Shown: positions 35,344 to 44,331 of the stretch, piece by piece
Numbering within the stretch: position 1 is the first letter of the stretch
Layout of the letters: the number at the start of each line of letters is the position of its first letter
Position numbers and translations under genes: made by a program
Sequence record: NC_041874.1
Source of the DNA: Escherichia phage JMPW1
Length of the DNA: 49,628 nucleotides
Strand: one strand, 5' to 3'
Notes under the pieces: generated by a model
Seen by the model: the letters and a program-made list of their open reading frames with translations, nothing else
Told to the model about the DNA's origin: nothing
The model's database searches: none

Positions 35344-36279
35344 TCAGAGTAGGTCACTTGCTGAGAATAACTTGGCTTGCATTCCTGAGCGGTATCCTCC
35401 AGGATTTGGGATGATTATTTTTAATTGTCGGTCGTCTGCCATGTATAAAGTCTCCTTGTCTGAAGGTTCGCACGCAACCCTTACTTCTCGATCCCCTTTA
35501 TATCTGTATGCAACCATTTCCAGATTCTCAGGAGTGAAGCAGGCCCATACCTCTTGCTTTGTGTGAAATGCAATATGCTGAGCATCAATCCAATTAAGGC
35601 ATAAGTAGATCGCTTTTTCTGTTTTACCAGTCACGGCAACCGAGCAACTTGTGTATTTCTTAGCGTAAAATGACTCCCTACCCTCCTCATCAATAATCAA
35701 AATATTACAAAACTCATCATCAAGACCGTCCTCGTGTACAAGTTGACATGGTATGGTGTGAAATACGCTCTCGCCGCCATCCTCGCGACGTTTTACGCCA
35801 ACGTCGAATGATTCAGTAGGTAGAGATTCAAACATGCTTAGAGGTGTGTTTACGCGCTTCTCTGTGCGCTCCATGACTTTCATCACCGCTTCATGATCTG
35901 CCATCATGACATTGACACCAGATACCGGAGTTCGGCGCGCTTTCTTGTTTGCCTTGACGATGTATTCCTGCGGAACTTTTCCGAGAAATCTTCCCAGGAT
36001 ATTTATGCATTCGCTATACGGCATACCAGTTAATTTCATTAGCCACCCGATCCCGGAGTCGTTACCGCATGAGTTGCAGATCGCACCTCCGTCGCCCGGA
36101 GTGTTCAGGTTATCAGTCCAGCGAAAGCGGTCTTTACCTCCGCAGTTAGGGCAAGGTTGGTGCTTCTTATTAAAAACATCATTCGGCAATCCGCAGATTG
36201 ATTGGAAAGCCTCGCGCCATAACCCCTTCATGTACGGCAAAACGTCCTCTTTCTGAAACATCATAAATTCTTCGTTCAC
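35344..36279 (-). CDS. putative DNA primase (zinc-binding)
   Basis: CPNCGGKDRFRW and CNSCGND cysteine motifs; divergent from helicase. Confidence 0.45.
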   Translation of the reverse strand: MNEEFMMFQKEDVLPYMKGLWREAFQSICGLPNDVFNKKHQPCPNCGGKDRFRWTDNLNTPGDGGAICNSCGNDSGIGWLMKLTGMPYSECINILGRFLGKVPQEYIVKANKKARRTPVSGVNVMMADHEAVMKVMERTEKRVNTPLSMFESLPTESFDVGVKRREDGGESVFHTIPCQLVHEDGLDDEFCNILIIDEEGRESFYAKKYTSCSVAVTGKTEKAIYLCLNWIDAQHIAFHTKQEVWACFTPENLEMVAYRYKGDREVRVACEPSDKETLYMADDRQLKIIIPNPGGYRSGMQAKLFSASDLL

Positions 36280-36340
36280 TTCCAGATCTCCAAAATAAAA
36301 AACGCGTAGAAGGATGTTAACCCGCTACGCGTCGTTTGTT

Positions 36341-36793
36341 TTAACTAAAAATGCTATTGGTCGTTCCGATATCTTCCTTCTTCACGACGCGCATAAATTT
36401 CTTGTTCTTGCATCGCTTCTCAAGGCACTTGCCGTTACCGTCAAACTTCAGGTCGAATCGCAACCATGCGGCACGAAATCCTTTGCACCCCTGTCGGCGG
36501 TAAGCGCGATGCGCAGCTTCAGCGCCTTGCCATGAAATCATATTTCGATCTTTCCAGCCTTGCACCGTCTGATTGCTAACTTTTAGAGCCTTTGCGCAGG
36601 CCGCAGGGCCGCCGTAATATTCGATAAGAGCATCAAGTCGCGCTCGCAGTCCGGCGCGTGTTTCTTCTTTATGAATATAGAACCCGCAACGCTGTCGAGG
36701 CTTTTTATCTTTACCGCGCCGTGTTCCGTTGTTACCATTGATGTGACGTTTATCGATTTTACCAGTTGATTCTGCGATACGTTGAATACTCAT
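36341..36793 (-). CDS. putative helix-turn-helix DNA-binding regulator
   Basis: HTH-like AACAKALKVSNQTVQGWKD; basic protein in divergent replication control region. Confidence 0.4.
   Translation of the reverse strand: MSIQRIAESTGKIDKRHINGNNGTRRGKDKKPRQRCGFYIHKEETRAGLRARLDALIEYYGGPAACAKALKVSNQTVQGWKDRNMISWQGAEAAHRAYRRQGCKGFRAAWLRFDLKFDGNGKCLEKRCKNKKFMRVVKKEDIGTTNSIFS
36342..36358 (-). promoter_or_regulatory. Box, minus orientation, upstream of primase
   Basis: Plus-strand TTAACTAAAAATGCTAT; overlaps stop of regulator gene. Confidence 0.4.
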
Positions 36794-36805
36794 CTTGATT
36801 CTCCT

Positions 36806-36861
36806 ATAGCACTTTTTGCTAAAAACGTTTACTTTATGCCGTGTATTATAGCGTAAACGTT
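36806..36861 (+). promoter_or_regulatory. Promoter cassette for helicase operon: box + IR AACGTTTAC/GTAAACGTT
   Basis: Box 36806-36825; IR arms 36824-36832 and 36853-36861 enclosing TATTAT. Confidence 0.55.
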
Positions 36862-36886
36862 ACAACGATTCAAAGGATTAATAGCC

Positions 36887-38905
36887 GTGACAATGAACAT
36901 TAAAAAACAGATTGCGTTACTTGGAGAGGACTACATAAAGCGAACTCAGGAGCGATTCACTGTAGGTGAGGTAGTTCCTTATCCGTATCAGGTTGTTGCT
37001 TACGCCGAGATCGCGAAGCGCTTGTCAAATTATGAGCACCCATTCTTCGTTAAAGCGTCTGTATCCGCAGGCAAGACAATTATTTTCGCTATGGTGGCAA
37101 AGCAGTGTCAGAAAATGGGCTTAAAAATGCTTGTCCTGGCTCGACAGGGTGAGATTGTCGATCAGGATAGCGAAGAGATCGACAACTTCGGGGTAACGAA
37201 CTCCATCTTCTCAGCATCGCTTGGAATCAAGTCCTGCTACTTCCCGATCGTGGTTGGCTCTGAGGGTACGGTTGCAAATGGCCTCGACAATGAGTTGGCT
37301 GATTTTGTCCCGCATGTAATTGGGATCGACGAATGTCACCAGGTGGATTGGGAAGACCTTGCGCAAGCCATCGAGGGTAAGGAAACAATGGAACAGATGA
37401 GGGGCGAGAAAGGGAAAATTATCATGGACGGAGATATTCCCCTGATTGGTAATGATGGAAAACCTTTGCTTGGAACTAAGCGTAGTCAGTACACGATCGT
37501 AATCATGGAAATGATGCGGCGCTGTAAAAAGGTTCACGGGCACGATCTTAGAATATTCGGCATGACGGGATCTGAATTTCGTGGCGTAGTTCCTATTCTG
37601 GTAGAGAATCCGAAAGCATTGGGATTCTGGCGTGAGCGAGTAACTGATATCGACACAAACTATCTGATTGAGTTCGGCTCTGTCGTTCCGACTATATTCG
37701 GATCAACAGACGGAGTTCATTACGATCTGGATAAGTTCAAGGCGTCTAGCGAGGACGGAGTGCAGGACTTTACAGAGAAAGACATGAAGGCTATGGAAGA
37801 TGAGATCCTTCATGATAAATCTCTGACTCAGCGAATCATGCAAATGGTCGCCAAAAAGGCAGAAGAACGCAATGCGGTCTTGATTACATGTGCTGGTGTG
37901 CGCCACTGCAAAGAGGCAGCGGCAGCACTTCCTCCGGGAAGCACCTATGCAATTATTACTGGCGACACAGACAACAAATCGCGCAAGAAGATTCTGGACG
38001 ATGTAAGGGCTGGGAAAATTAAATACACCTTTCAGGTTATGGCGCTCACTACTGGCGTTAACGTTCCAAATTGGGATTTCAGTGTCATACTCCGCAAGAT
38101 AGGGTCGCTCACACTATTGATTCAACTTTTGGGTAGGGGTATGCGTCTGCTTAAATCCTGGCAGGTTGCTGAGGGAATGGTTAAGCAGGACCATCTGGTA
38201 TGGGATTTCGCAGGTACGATGGATGAGTTGGGTCAGCTTTATTTCGATCCGATACTTGAGCAGGCGCAATTCCAAAATCGTTTTGAAAACGGCAAAGATC
38301 CGAAAACATGTCCGAAATGCGGTTGCGTAAATAGCTTCTATGCTCGACGATGCGTTAATGTCATTGATGGTGAACGTTGCGATCATTTCTGGACTTCTCA
38401 AATTTGTGAGGACCAGGTTGACGAGCGCACCGGAAAAATCCTTGTTAAAGGATGCGGTGCAGAGAATGACGTTGTGGCCCGAGTCTGTCGCTGTTGCGAT
38501 GTTTCTCTTGTTGATCCTAACCTTAAGTTATCCGGTAAGGCGTACACTAAGAATGACTGGTACGAGGTCAAGAATTTTGAAGTTACGTTAACCAAAAACC
38601 AAAAGGGTGTGATATACAAATACACACTTATTAATGATGAGGGTGACGAGTTCAAGGCGTATGAAAAATTCTTCCCTGAGTCAGACTCTAAGATTTGCGG
38701 TACGCTATGGAAAACGAAAGGAGTATTACCTCACGTATCAGATCCTAAAATGCGCCGCTACTTTATCGGAATGAAGAACGCCATCAAGATCGTGCAGTAC
38801 GCACATCATATTGCTCACCCGGTGCGCGTAACTCATCGTCGCAACCAGAAGAAAGAAGATATTATCTCACGCAAAGACTTCGGTATGGAGGATATCCCGG
38901 AATGA
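36887..38905 (+). CDS. SF2 DNA helicase (DEAD/DEAH-box type) with C-terminal Cys-rich zinc-binding region
   Basis: Walker A-like SAGKT, DECH box IGIDECHQ, multiple CxxC pairs. Confidence 0.75.
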   Translation: MTMNIKKQIALLGEDYIKRTQERFTVGEVVPYPYQVVAYAEIAKRLSNYEHPFFVKASVSAGKTIIFAMVAKQCQKMGLKMLVLARQGEIVDQDSEEIDNFGVTNSIFSASLGIKSCYFPIVVGSEGTVANGLDNELADFVPHVIGIDECHQVDWEDLAQAIEGKETMEQMRGEKGKIIMDGDIPLIGNDGKPLLGTKRSQYTIVIMEMMRRCKKVHGHDLRIFGMTGSEFRGVVPILVENPKALGFWRERVTDIDTNYLIEFGSVVPTIFGSTDGVHYDLDKFKASSEDGVQDFTEKDMKAMEDEILHDKSLTQRIMQMVAKKAEERNAVLITCAGVRHCKEAAAALPPGSTYAIITGDTDNKSRKKILDDVRAGKIKYTFQVMALTTGVNVPNWDFSVILRKIGSLTLLIQLLGRGMRLLKSWQVAEGMVKQDHLVWDFAGTMDELGQLYFDPILEQAQFQNRFENGKDPKTCPKCGCVNSFYARRCVNVIDGERCDHFWTSQICEDQVDERTGKILVKGCGAENDVVARVCRCCDVSLVDPNLKLSGKAYTKNDWYEVKNFEVTLTKNQKGVIYKYTLINDEGDEFKAYEKFFPESDSKICGTLWKTKGVLPHVSDPKMRRYFIGMKNAIKIVQYAHHIAHPVRVTHRRNQKKEDIISRKDFGMEDIPE

Positions 38906-39318
38906 TTACAGACAAAGGTGATTATTTAGAGTTTTACGAGCGAGATCCCAGCGACACTCGAAAGGAGGACGCTCATCAGGTGGATTGTGTGTCCTGGCTG
39001 AAATACAATTTCCCTCACCTTCTATTTTGGCACACTGTCAATGAAGGTGAAAAAACAATCACATCAGCGCTCAGGGATGAGCAGGCCGGATTACTTAAAG
39101 GAGTGTCGGACTTCGTTATCCTGATTGGTGTTAACTCAAGATACCCGTTTGCAGCAATCGAACTTAAGCGGGTTAATAAGTCAGGCAAAGGAAAGGCGTC
39201 ACCAGTCAGCGACAAGCAAAGGGAATTTCTCAGAAAGGTCATGGAGCGTGGCGGCTTCTCTGCCGTCGCATACGGATTTGAGCAATTCAAGATCGCAATT
39301 TACGAAATGATGAAATAG
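38902..39318 (+). CDS. VRR-NUC domain nuclease
   Basis: D...ELK signature VSDFVILIGVN...AIELK. Confidence 0.55.
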   Translation: MITDKGDYLEFYERDPSDTRKEDAHQVDCVSWLKYNFPHLLFWHTVNEGEKTITSALRDEQAGLLKGVSDFVILIGVNSRYPFAAIELKRVNKSGKGKASPVSDKQREFLRKVMERGGFSAVAYGFEQFKIAIYEMMK

Positions 39319-39370
39319 CACTTTTTGTTAAAACTGCCGGAATGGAATCTGGCATTATTATCTCACCAAC
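39315..39370 (+). promoter_or_regulatory. Promoter cassette: box + IR
   Basis: Box ATAGCACTTTTTGTTAAAAC 39315-39334; IR about 39335-39354; TAG stop of VRR-NUC gene inside box. Confidence 0.5.
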
Positions 39371-39385
39371 ACTAGAGGACTAAAA

Positions 39386-40099
39386 ATGAAAGACTTTAAT
39401 GATATCGAAACTATCGACTTTGCTGAAACTGGTTGCTCATTCACTCGCGAAGCAATAGCGTTTGGCGGTTATTATCAGGCACTAAAAACTCCAACATGCA
39501 AAGAGATTTCAGGCCGTCGATATAAGGGAACCAATACGCCGGATGTTGTTCGTGATTTATGGTCAACCCCGCGCGAGGTTATTGCGTACCTTGAGGGGCG
39601 TTATGGAAAATACGATCTCGACGCTGCGGCAAGCGAAGAAAATAAAGTTTGCGAGAAGTTTTATTCTCAGGAAACAAACTGCTTAAAACGTTGGTGGGGT
39701 AAAAACAAGCATGTATGGTTAAACCCTCCTTATAGTCGACCTGATATATTCGTCAAGAAGGCGATCGAGCAAATGGAGCACAATAATCAGATTGATATTC
39801 TGTTGCCTGCCGATAATTCTACAGCGTGGTTTACTGAGGCGCGACAGCACGCGGCTGAAATCATCTGGATTGAAGCTGACTTGACTGAGGATATTGACGG
39901 CAACAAGTATGCTCGATCCGGACGACTGGCGTTTATATCCGGTGAAACCGGAAAGGCCGTAGATGGTAATAACAAAGGTTCGGTAATTTTTATCATGCGC
40001 GAACTTAAAGATGGTGAGACGCAGCAAACTCACTATATCCCAATCACAAGCATTTTCCCTTCGGTGAAAAACAAGCGCGCAAAAGTGAGGAAAGTATGA
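39386..40099 (+). CDS. dam: DNA N6-adenine methyltransferase (Dam-like)
   Basis: Catalytic NPPY motif (WLNPPYSRPD); size 237 aa. Confidence 0.75.
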   Translation: MKDFNDIETIDFAETGCSFTREAIAFGGYYQALKTPTCKEISGRRYKGTNTPDVVRDLWSTPREVIAYLEGRYGKYDLDAAASEENKVCEKFYSQETNCLKRWWGKNKHVWLNPPYSRPDIFVKKAIEQMEHNNQIDILLPADNSTAWFTEARQHAAEIIWIEADLTEDIDGNKYARSGRLAFISGETGKAVDGNNKGSVIFIMRELKDGETQQTHYIPITSIFPSVKNKRAKVRKV

Positions 40100-40347
40100 T
40101 GAACGAGAAAATGATTCCGGTTAAGTTAACTGATCAAGGTTTATGGCTGCTTTATCGAGCTACCTGCTGCGAAATTATGGAGCGAAACGGATTGACTCAG
40201 GATGTTATTGGTTGCGATCTGTGGGAGTTCACTAGTTCTCTTGATATGTCTTTCGATGAGATAAAAAATGAATACATAGAGAATTGGCCTTCAATCATAC
40301 AGAAAGACGTGGAAGAACTTAAAGCTGATACAATCGTACAGCACTAA
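40096..40347 (+). CDS. hypothetical protein (83 aa)
   Basis: Overlapping start; stop TAA embedded in next box. Confidence 0.5.
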   Translation: MMNEKMIPVKLTDQGLWLLYRATCCEIMERNGLTQDVIGCDLWEFTSSLDMSFDEIKNEYIENWPSIIQKDVEELKADTIVQH

Positions 40348-40381
40348 TTGCTAAAAATACCCGACGAAAGTCGGGTATAGT
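40338..40381 (+). promoter_or_regulatory. Promoter cassette: box + perfect hairpin ACCCGAC-GAAA-GTCGGGT + -10 TATAGT
   Basis: Box 40338-40357; IR 40359-40376; -10 40376-40381. Confidence 0.6.
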
Positions 40382-40413
40382 TATTTCATAGAAACGAAAT
40401 GAGGAATCAGAAG

Positions 40414-40623
40414 ATGGCACGCATTAATGCAAACTTTTTCAATATCGCTCAACAGTCCGCAAAAATGGCTGTTCATATCACTGACAAGAAAGGCGGCAAC
40501 TTTGATTGGGATATTGCTATGAACTTCCTAAAAATGGCTTATTACCTCTGCTCAGTCAAAGAGGTTGAGTGTTTTATTGAAAGCGTGGAGAAACTAACTA
40601 ATGCTGATAAAAAAACAAGGTAA
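40414..40623 (+). CDS. hypothetical protein (69 aa)
   Basis: Start at ATG after RBS GAGGAATCAGAAG. Confidence 0.5.
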   Translation: MARINANFFNIAQQSAKMAVHITDKKGGNFDWDIAMNFLKMAYYLCSVKEVECFIESVEKLTNADKKTR

Positions 40624-40873
40624 ACGCGAGGTTTGGGAACACGCGAAGGAATGTGGGATCTCAGACGATATAGCGCTAATAGCGAAATATTTCGATATAA
40701 AGGATGTTAGCATTATCTCAAACGGCAAGATTTCATTTATGGAAGATATGCCGAGAAAAATGCATAGAGTTCCAGCAACTCCATCACTTGAGTTTTACCG
40801 CGAAGAGGGAAAGAGAATTGAGCGAGAAAGAAAATCCACAAAAAACGGCAAGTCTTCCCGGCTTAAATATTAA
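40601..40873 (+). CDS. hypothetical protein (90 aa)
   Basis: ORF; overlaps next ORF in another frame. Confidence 0.4.
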   Translation: MLIKKQGKREVWEHAKECGISDDIALIAKYFDIKDVSIISNGKISFMEDMPRKMHRVPATPSLEFYREEGKRIERERKSTKNGKSSRLKY

Positions 40874-41105
40874 TGCGGACGAATACCAGGCAATATGGAT
40901 CGGTAAAAAGCAGGTTAAGCAAATTCATTTCTCTGACTGGTTGCCACCTGACTTTGTTAACGTGCTTTGCACTATCGGTATTGAGCAGGAGTTGCATATA
41001 GGTTACTACTCACCTGGCCGAAACAGTATGATGCTTGAGGTTGACGGAAAACTCGTTGAGTTTAAATCTTCAGATCTAGGATTCTGGTTGAAGGCTGTGG
41101 CATGA
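40704..41105 (+). CDS. hypothetical protein (start uncertain; alternative TTG 40818 after RBS AGAGGGA)
   Basis: Long ORF overlapping previous; ATG 40704 or TTG 40818 both possible. Confidence 0.35.
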   Translation: MLALSQTARFHLWKICREKCIEFQQLHHLSFTAKRERELSEKENPQKTASLPGLNINADEYQAIWIGKKQVKQIHFSDWLPPDFVNVLCTIGIEQELHIGYYSPGRNSMMLEVDGKLVEFKSSDLGFWLKAVA

Positions 41106-41183
41106 AACTTTATTTTGCTGTAGTATTAACACCGCTAATTTCATTTTCAGTAATGTATTTCATTATCATGTAAGGATTAAAAT

Positions 41184-42335
41184 ATGTCACAAGCTAAAAT
41201 CACTACCGAGCAACTTGTCGAAGAGCGCATGAACGGCCTTACACTTCGCGAGATCGCGGAAAAGTACGGTATGCATATTCGAACTGTTGAGGCTCGACAC
41301 GCAAAATTGGCAAAAGAAGGCCACTTTCACGGCAATGAGCATGTTGCTAAAAACGTTCCTGAAGGCTTCATGGTAAAAGGCACATCAACAATGATTCGCG
41401 GTGATGGGACTGAGGTCGTGCGATGGGTTAAGACCGATCAGGACCGTGAGAAGATTGCAGCTATGATGGAAGCTGCACGCATTGCATTTTGTGAAGACTT
41501 GCCGCGAGCAAAGCCAACTGAGCTGCTCACATCGCAAGGTCTTACAACCTCTATTGGAAAGCTGGCACTATACCCGGTGTTCGATCTTCACATTGGCGCG
41601 CTTGCTCATAAGCATGAATGTGGAGAGAACTACTCTACCGACGTAGCGGAAAAAGTGCTTAGCGACTTCTTTAATTACGCGATCGATATTGCTCCGAACG
41701 CAGAGAAGGCCGTTCTTTTAATCGGCGGTGACTTCCTTCACTCGGACGGTCTTGATGCTGTTACCCCGGCAAGTGGTCACGTTCTGGATCAGGATTCACG
41801 ATATGCAAAATTGGTGCATGTAGCTATTAGATCTGTTCGTCGCGCTATCGACAAAATGCTACTGAAACACAAAGAAGTCGAGGTCCAGGTTATCGAAGGG
41901 AACCACGATCAGTCTGGGATGATTTGGCTGCGCGCTGCAATGTCGGCATATTATGAAGACGAGCCGCGAGTATTCGTTGACGTTAGTCCTATGATTCTGC
42001 ATAAGACTCGTTGGGGAAATACCTTGTTGGGATACACTCACGGGCACACTATGAAAAAGGCAGAGACTCGACTCGCAGCTATGGCAGCAGATTTCCGCGC
42101 AGATTTTGGTGAAAGCAAATACGTGTACACGCATAGCGGTCACTGGCATCACCAGACAATCACTGAGCACTCACTCGGTATTGATGAGGTTCACGGCCAG
42201 TTAGGCGCGAAAGACGCATACGCAGCACGAGGAGGGTGGCGCTCGTATCGCCAGGCGGCTGTAATTGTTTACGATAAGCAATTTGGGGAAATCGGTCGTT
42301 TCATCTATCGTCCAGAAATGACAGGATCGCACTAA
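41184..42335 (+). CDS. HTH-fused calcineurin-like metallophosphoesterase
   Basis: N-terminal HTH-like LTLREIAEKYGMHIRTVEARH; phosphoesterase motifs FDLH, GGDFLHSD, GNHD, GHWHH. Confidence 0.65.
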   Translation: MSQAKITTEQLVEERMNGLTLREIAEKYGMHIRTVEARHAKLAKEGHFHGNEHVAKNVPEGFMVKGTSTMIRGDGTEVVRWVKTDQDREKIAAMMEAARIAFCEDLPRAKPTELLTSQGLTTSIGKLALYPVFDLHIGALAHKHECGENYSTDVAEKVLSDFFNYAIDIAPNAEKAVLLIGGDFLHSDGLDAVTPASGHVLDQDSRYAKLVHVAIRSVRRAIDKMLLKHKEVEVQVIEGNHDQSGMIWLRAAMSAYYEDEPRVFVDVSPMILHKTRWGNTLLGYTHGHTMKKAETRLAAMAADFRADFGESKYVYTHSGHWHHQTITEHSLGIDEVHGQLGAKDAYAARGGWRSYRQAAVIVYDKQFGEIGRFIYRPEMTGSH

Positions 42336-42369
42336 TTGATAAAAACTCCCGAAGGGATTCGGGCATAGT
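42326..42369 (+). promoter_or_regulatory. Promoter cassette: box variant + IR CCCGAA/TTCGGG + -10 CATAGT
   Basis: Stop TAA of upstream gene inside box; IR 42348-42363. Confidence 0.5.
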
Positions 42370-42398
42370 AACCACATCGAAAACAAAGAGGCTATATC

Positions 42399-42575
42399 AT
42401 GAAGCTAGTTAAGTGCATCCGAAATGATTCCAAAACGCTTCCATTCCGCGTAAATCAGATCTATAGTGTTGGTTATGATTTCGGTGGTGGATTATTTGAG
42501 GTTTACGACGGGAGAGGCTCGGCAATCCATGTTCCTCTGAACGGTCACTACCTGGAATTTATTGAGATAGATTAA
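42399..42575 (+). CDS. small paralog-family protein (58 aa)
   Basis: ATG 42399 after RBS AAGAGG; MKLVKCIRND...VGYDFGGG...VYDGRG matches dispersed family. Confidence 0.5.
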   Translation: MKLVKCIRNDSKTLPFRVNQIYSVGYDFGGGLFEVYDGRGSAIHVPLNGHYLEFIEID

Positions 42576-42693
42576 CAATAGCATTCATCACCTTACAGGC
42601 TGGCATGATTTAGATGCTGGCCTTTTTGCGTTGTGTCAAATAAATTTGAAGGTTAAAATCAACTCACTTGTTCAAAAAATATATGGTGAGATT

Positions 42694-42909
42694 ATGAAAG
42701 AATTTTTAACCGCAGCTACGTCTAGCACGGGCGGGGCTTCATTAGTGGGGGCGGCGACCGGGCAGCTTTATATTGCTGGCGCTACATTCATTTGCTTTCT
42801 GCTTTTTGGTGCTTGGGGCGCATACTGGAAGTATCGTGATAGCAAGGCGATTCAGGAAGCGTTAAACGATGGCGATCTAAATAAGGCACTTAAGATCAGG
42901 GGGAGATAA
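42694..42909 (+). CDS. holin (pinholin-like, two TMDs)
   Basis: 71 aa; Gly/Ala-rich TMD1, hydrophobic TMD2, charged C-terminus; directly upstream of endolysin. Confidence 0.55.
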   Translation: MKEFLTAATSSTGGASLVGAATGQLYIAGATFICFLLFGAWGAYWKYRDSKAIQEALNDGDLNKALKIRGR

Positions 42910-43397
42910 TGAGCTTAAAAAATAACGTTATAGGCGCATCGATCGGGGCTGCTTTGACGTTGACGCCTACCCTGCTGGAACGAATCGAAGGGATAGAATA
43001 CGAGGTGTATTACGATATAGCCGGAGTCCCTACCGTATGCAGCGGAATAACCGGGCCGGACGTCATACCTGGTAAGAAATACACTAAGCGAGAATGCGAT
43101 GCATTGCTGATAAAACATATCGGCGTCGCTCAGCGATACGTTGACAAAAAGGTGAATGTTGATATTCCGGTAACGATGCGCGCGTCACTGTACAGCTTCA
43201 CTTTCAACGTCGGTACTGGCGCGTTCGGATCTTCTACAATGCTTAAGCTAATAAATCAGAGTAAGCACAAGGAAGCGTGCAATCAGTTATGGCGATGGGT
43301 ATACTACTACAACCCAAAAACCAAAAAGCGCGAAGTGTCTAGAGGACTAAAGAACCGACGCGCTGAAGAATACGCGTATTGCGTTAAGGAATTATGA
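42909..43397 (+). CDS. endolysin, lysozyme with N-terminal SAR-like signal-anchor
   Basis: [19 protein letters not shown] and VDIP...RASLYSF.FNVGTG.F resemble phage P21 R lysozyme (from memory); hydrophobic Gly/Ala-rich N-terminus. Confidence 0.8.
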   Translation: MSLKNNVIGASIGAALTLTPTLLERIEGIEYEVYYDIAGVPTVCSGITGPDVIPGKKYTKRECDALLIKHIGVAQRYVDKKVNVDIPVTMRASLYSFTFNVGTGAFGSSTMLKLINQSKHKEACNQLWRWVYYYNPKTKKREVSRGLKNRRAEEYAYCVKEL

Positions 43398-43798
43398 TGA
43401 AACTGAAGAAAACGTGCATTGCGATTGCAGTGGCTGTTGGCGTTATTTCCCTATCCGGTTGTTCGACGGCATCTGCCCTGAGCGGTTTAATCGGATCTAA
43501 ACCGGAAGTTACAGCACAAATCGGAGAGGAGAACACAAAGCAATTAGCAGGAGTAACCGCAAAATCCGAAGATAAGCGAGATGTTAAAGTTGAGAAGTCC
43601 AATGTAGGAAAGATTGACTCTTCCTTGAAGAAGTCAATTGAAGTGTCAACCATTAAGGCTAACACGGTTAACGCTGAAAGCATCACAGTAACAAAACCGG
43701 AAAACTGGTACGATGCTATCGTTGGCTGGATTCTCGTTTTTATCGGTCTATTGCTGGTTTATTTTTCACTTCGTAAGGACGAAAAAAAGGAGGCTTAG
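43394..43798 (+). CDS. unimolecular spanin (u-spanin)
   Basis: N-terminal lipoprotein signal with lipobox LSGC plus C-terminal TM segment; overlaps endolysin stop. Confidence 0.6.
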   Translation: MMKLKKTCIAIAVAVGVISLSGCSTASALSGLIGSKPEVTAQIGEENTKQLAGVTAKSEDKRDVKVEKSNVGKIDSSLKKSIEVSTIKANTVNAESITVTKPENWYDAIVGWILVFIGLLLVYFSLRKDEKKEA

Positions 43799-43812
43799 CC
43801 TCCTTTGTTATT
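43783..43812. terminator. bidirectional intrinsic terminator between convergent blocks
   Basis: GGAGGCT-T-AGCCTCC stem flanked by A7 and T-rich tracts. Confidence 0.6.
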
Positions 43813-43919
43813 TGTACCTTTTTACGTTAAGTAGTAACTCCCCATCCTGGTCGCAAAGATTATGCTCGCTTTCGTTACTGGCCCTCATTGAAGTGAGCAA
43901 CAGACTCAACAACCCTTGC

Positions 43920-44327
43920 TCAAATTCTTCTTTCGTAAGCTGGAGCCTTGCGCACAATTCGACGTTCCGATCTATCAATGTTTCTACGTTCTCCAAACAA
44001 ATCCTCATCACTCATCTCTCCAATGTGCATCATTTCCCACGTATACCGATTGTTGTAGCCATCAATACACATCAGCTTCATCATTACCGGGCGCTTAATC
44101 TTTCCCTTGCACCAGTAAAACCCATCCCTGCAATCAAGATAACCCTCAGTTACACAGCGTGAGCAAAACTCCTTAGATAGCGCGCTTGTAAATTCACGGC
44201 GAGTCATTCCTGCGGCCTTAGCAAATCGCTCACTTTCCTTGTGGGCGTATATAAATTTCGCTATGTGCTGTCGAGTGTATTTGTCGTAACCTTCGCAGAA
44301 CCTGAACAGATCTAAAAGAAGAAGCAT
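43920..44327 (-). CDS. Cys-rich hypothetical protein (135 aa), possibly zinc-binding
   Basis: Multiple Cys (CEGY, CSRC, C..C); last gene of minus-strand operon. Confidence 0.45.
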   Translation of the reverse strand: MLLLLDLFRFCEGYDKYTRQHIAKFIYAHKESERFAKAAGMTRREFTSALSKEFCSRCVTEGYLDCRDGFYWCKGKIKRPVMMKLMCIDGYNNRYTWEMMHIGEMSDEDLFGERRNIDRSERRIVRKAPAYERRI

Positions 44328-44331
44328 ATTA

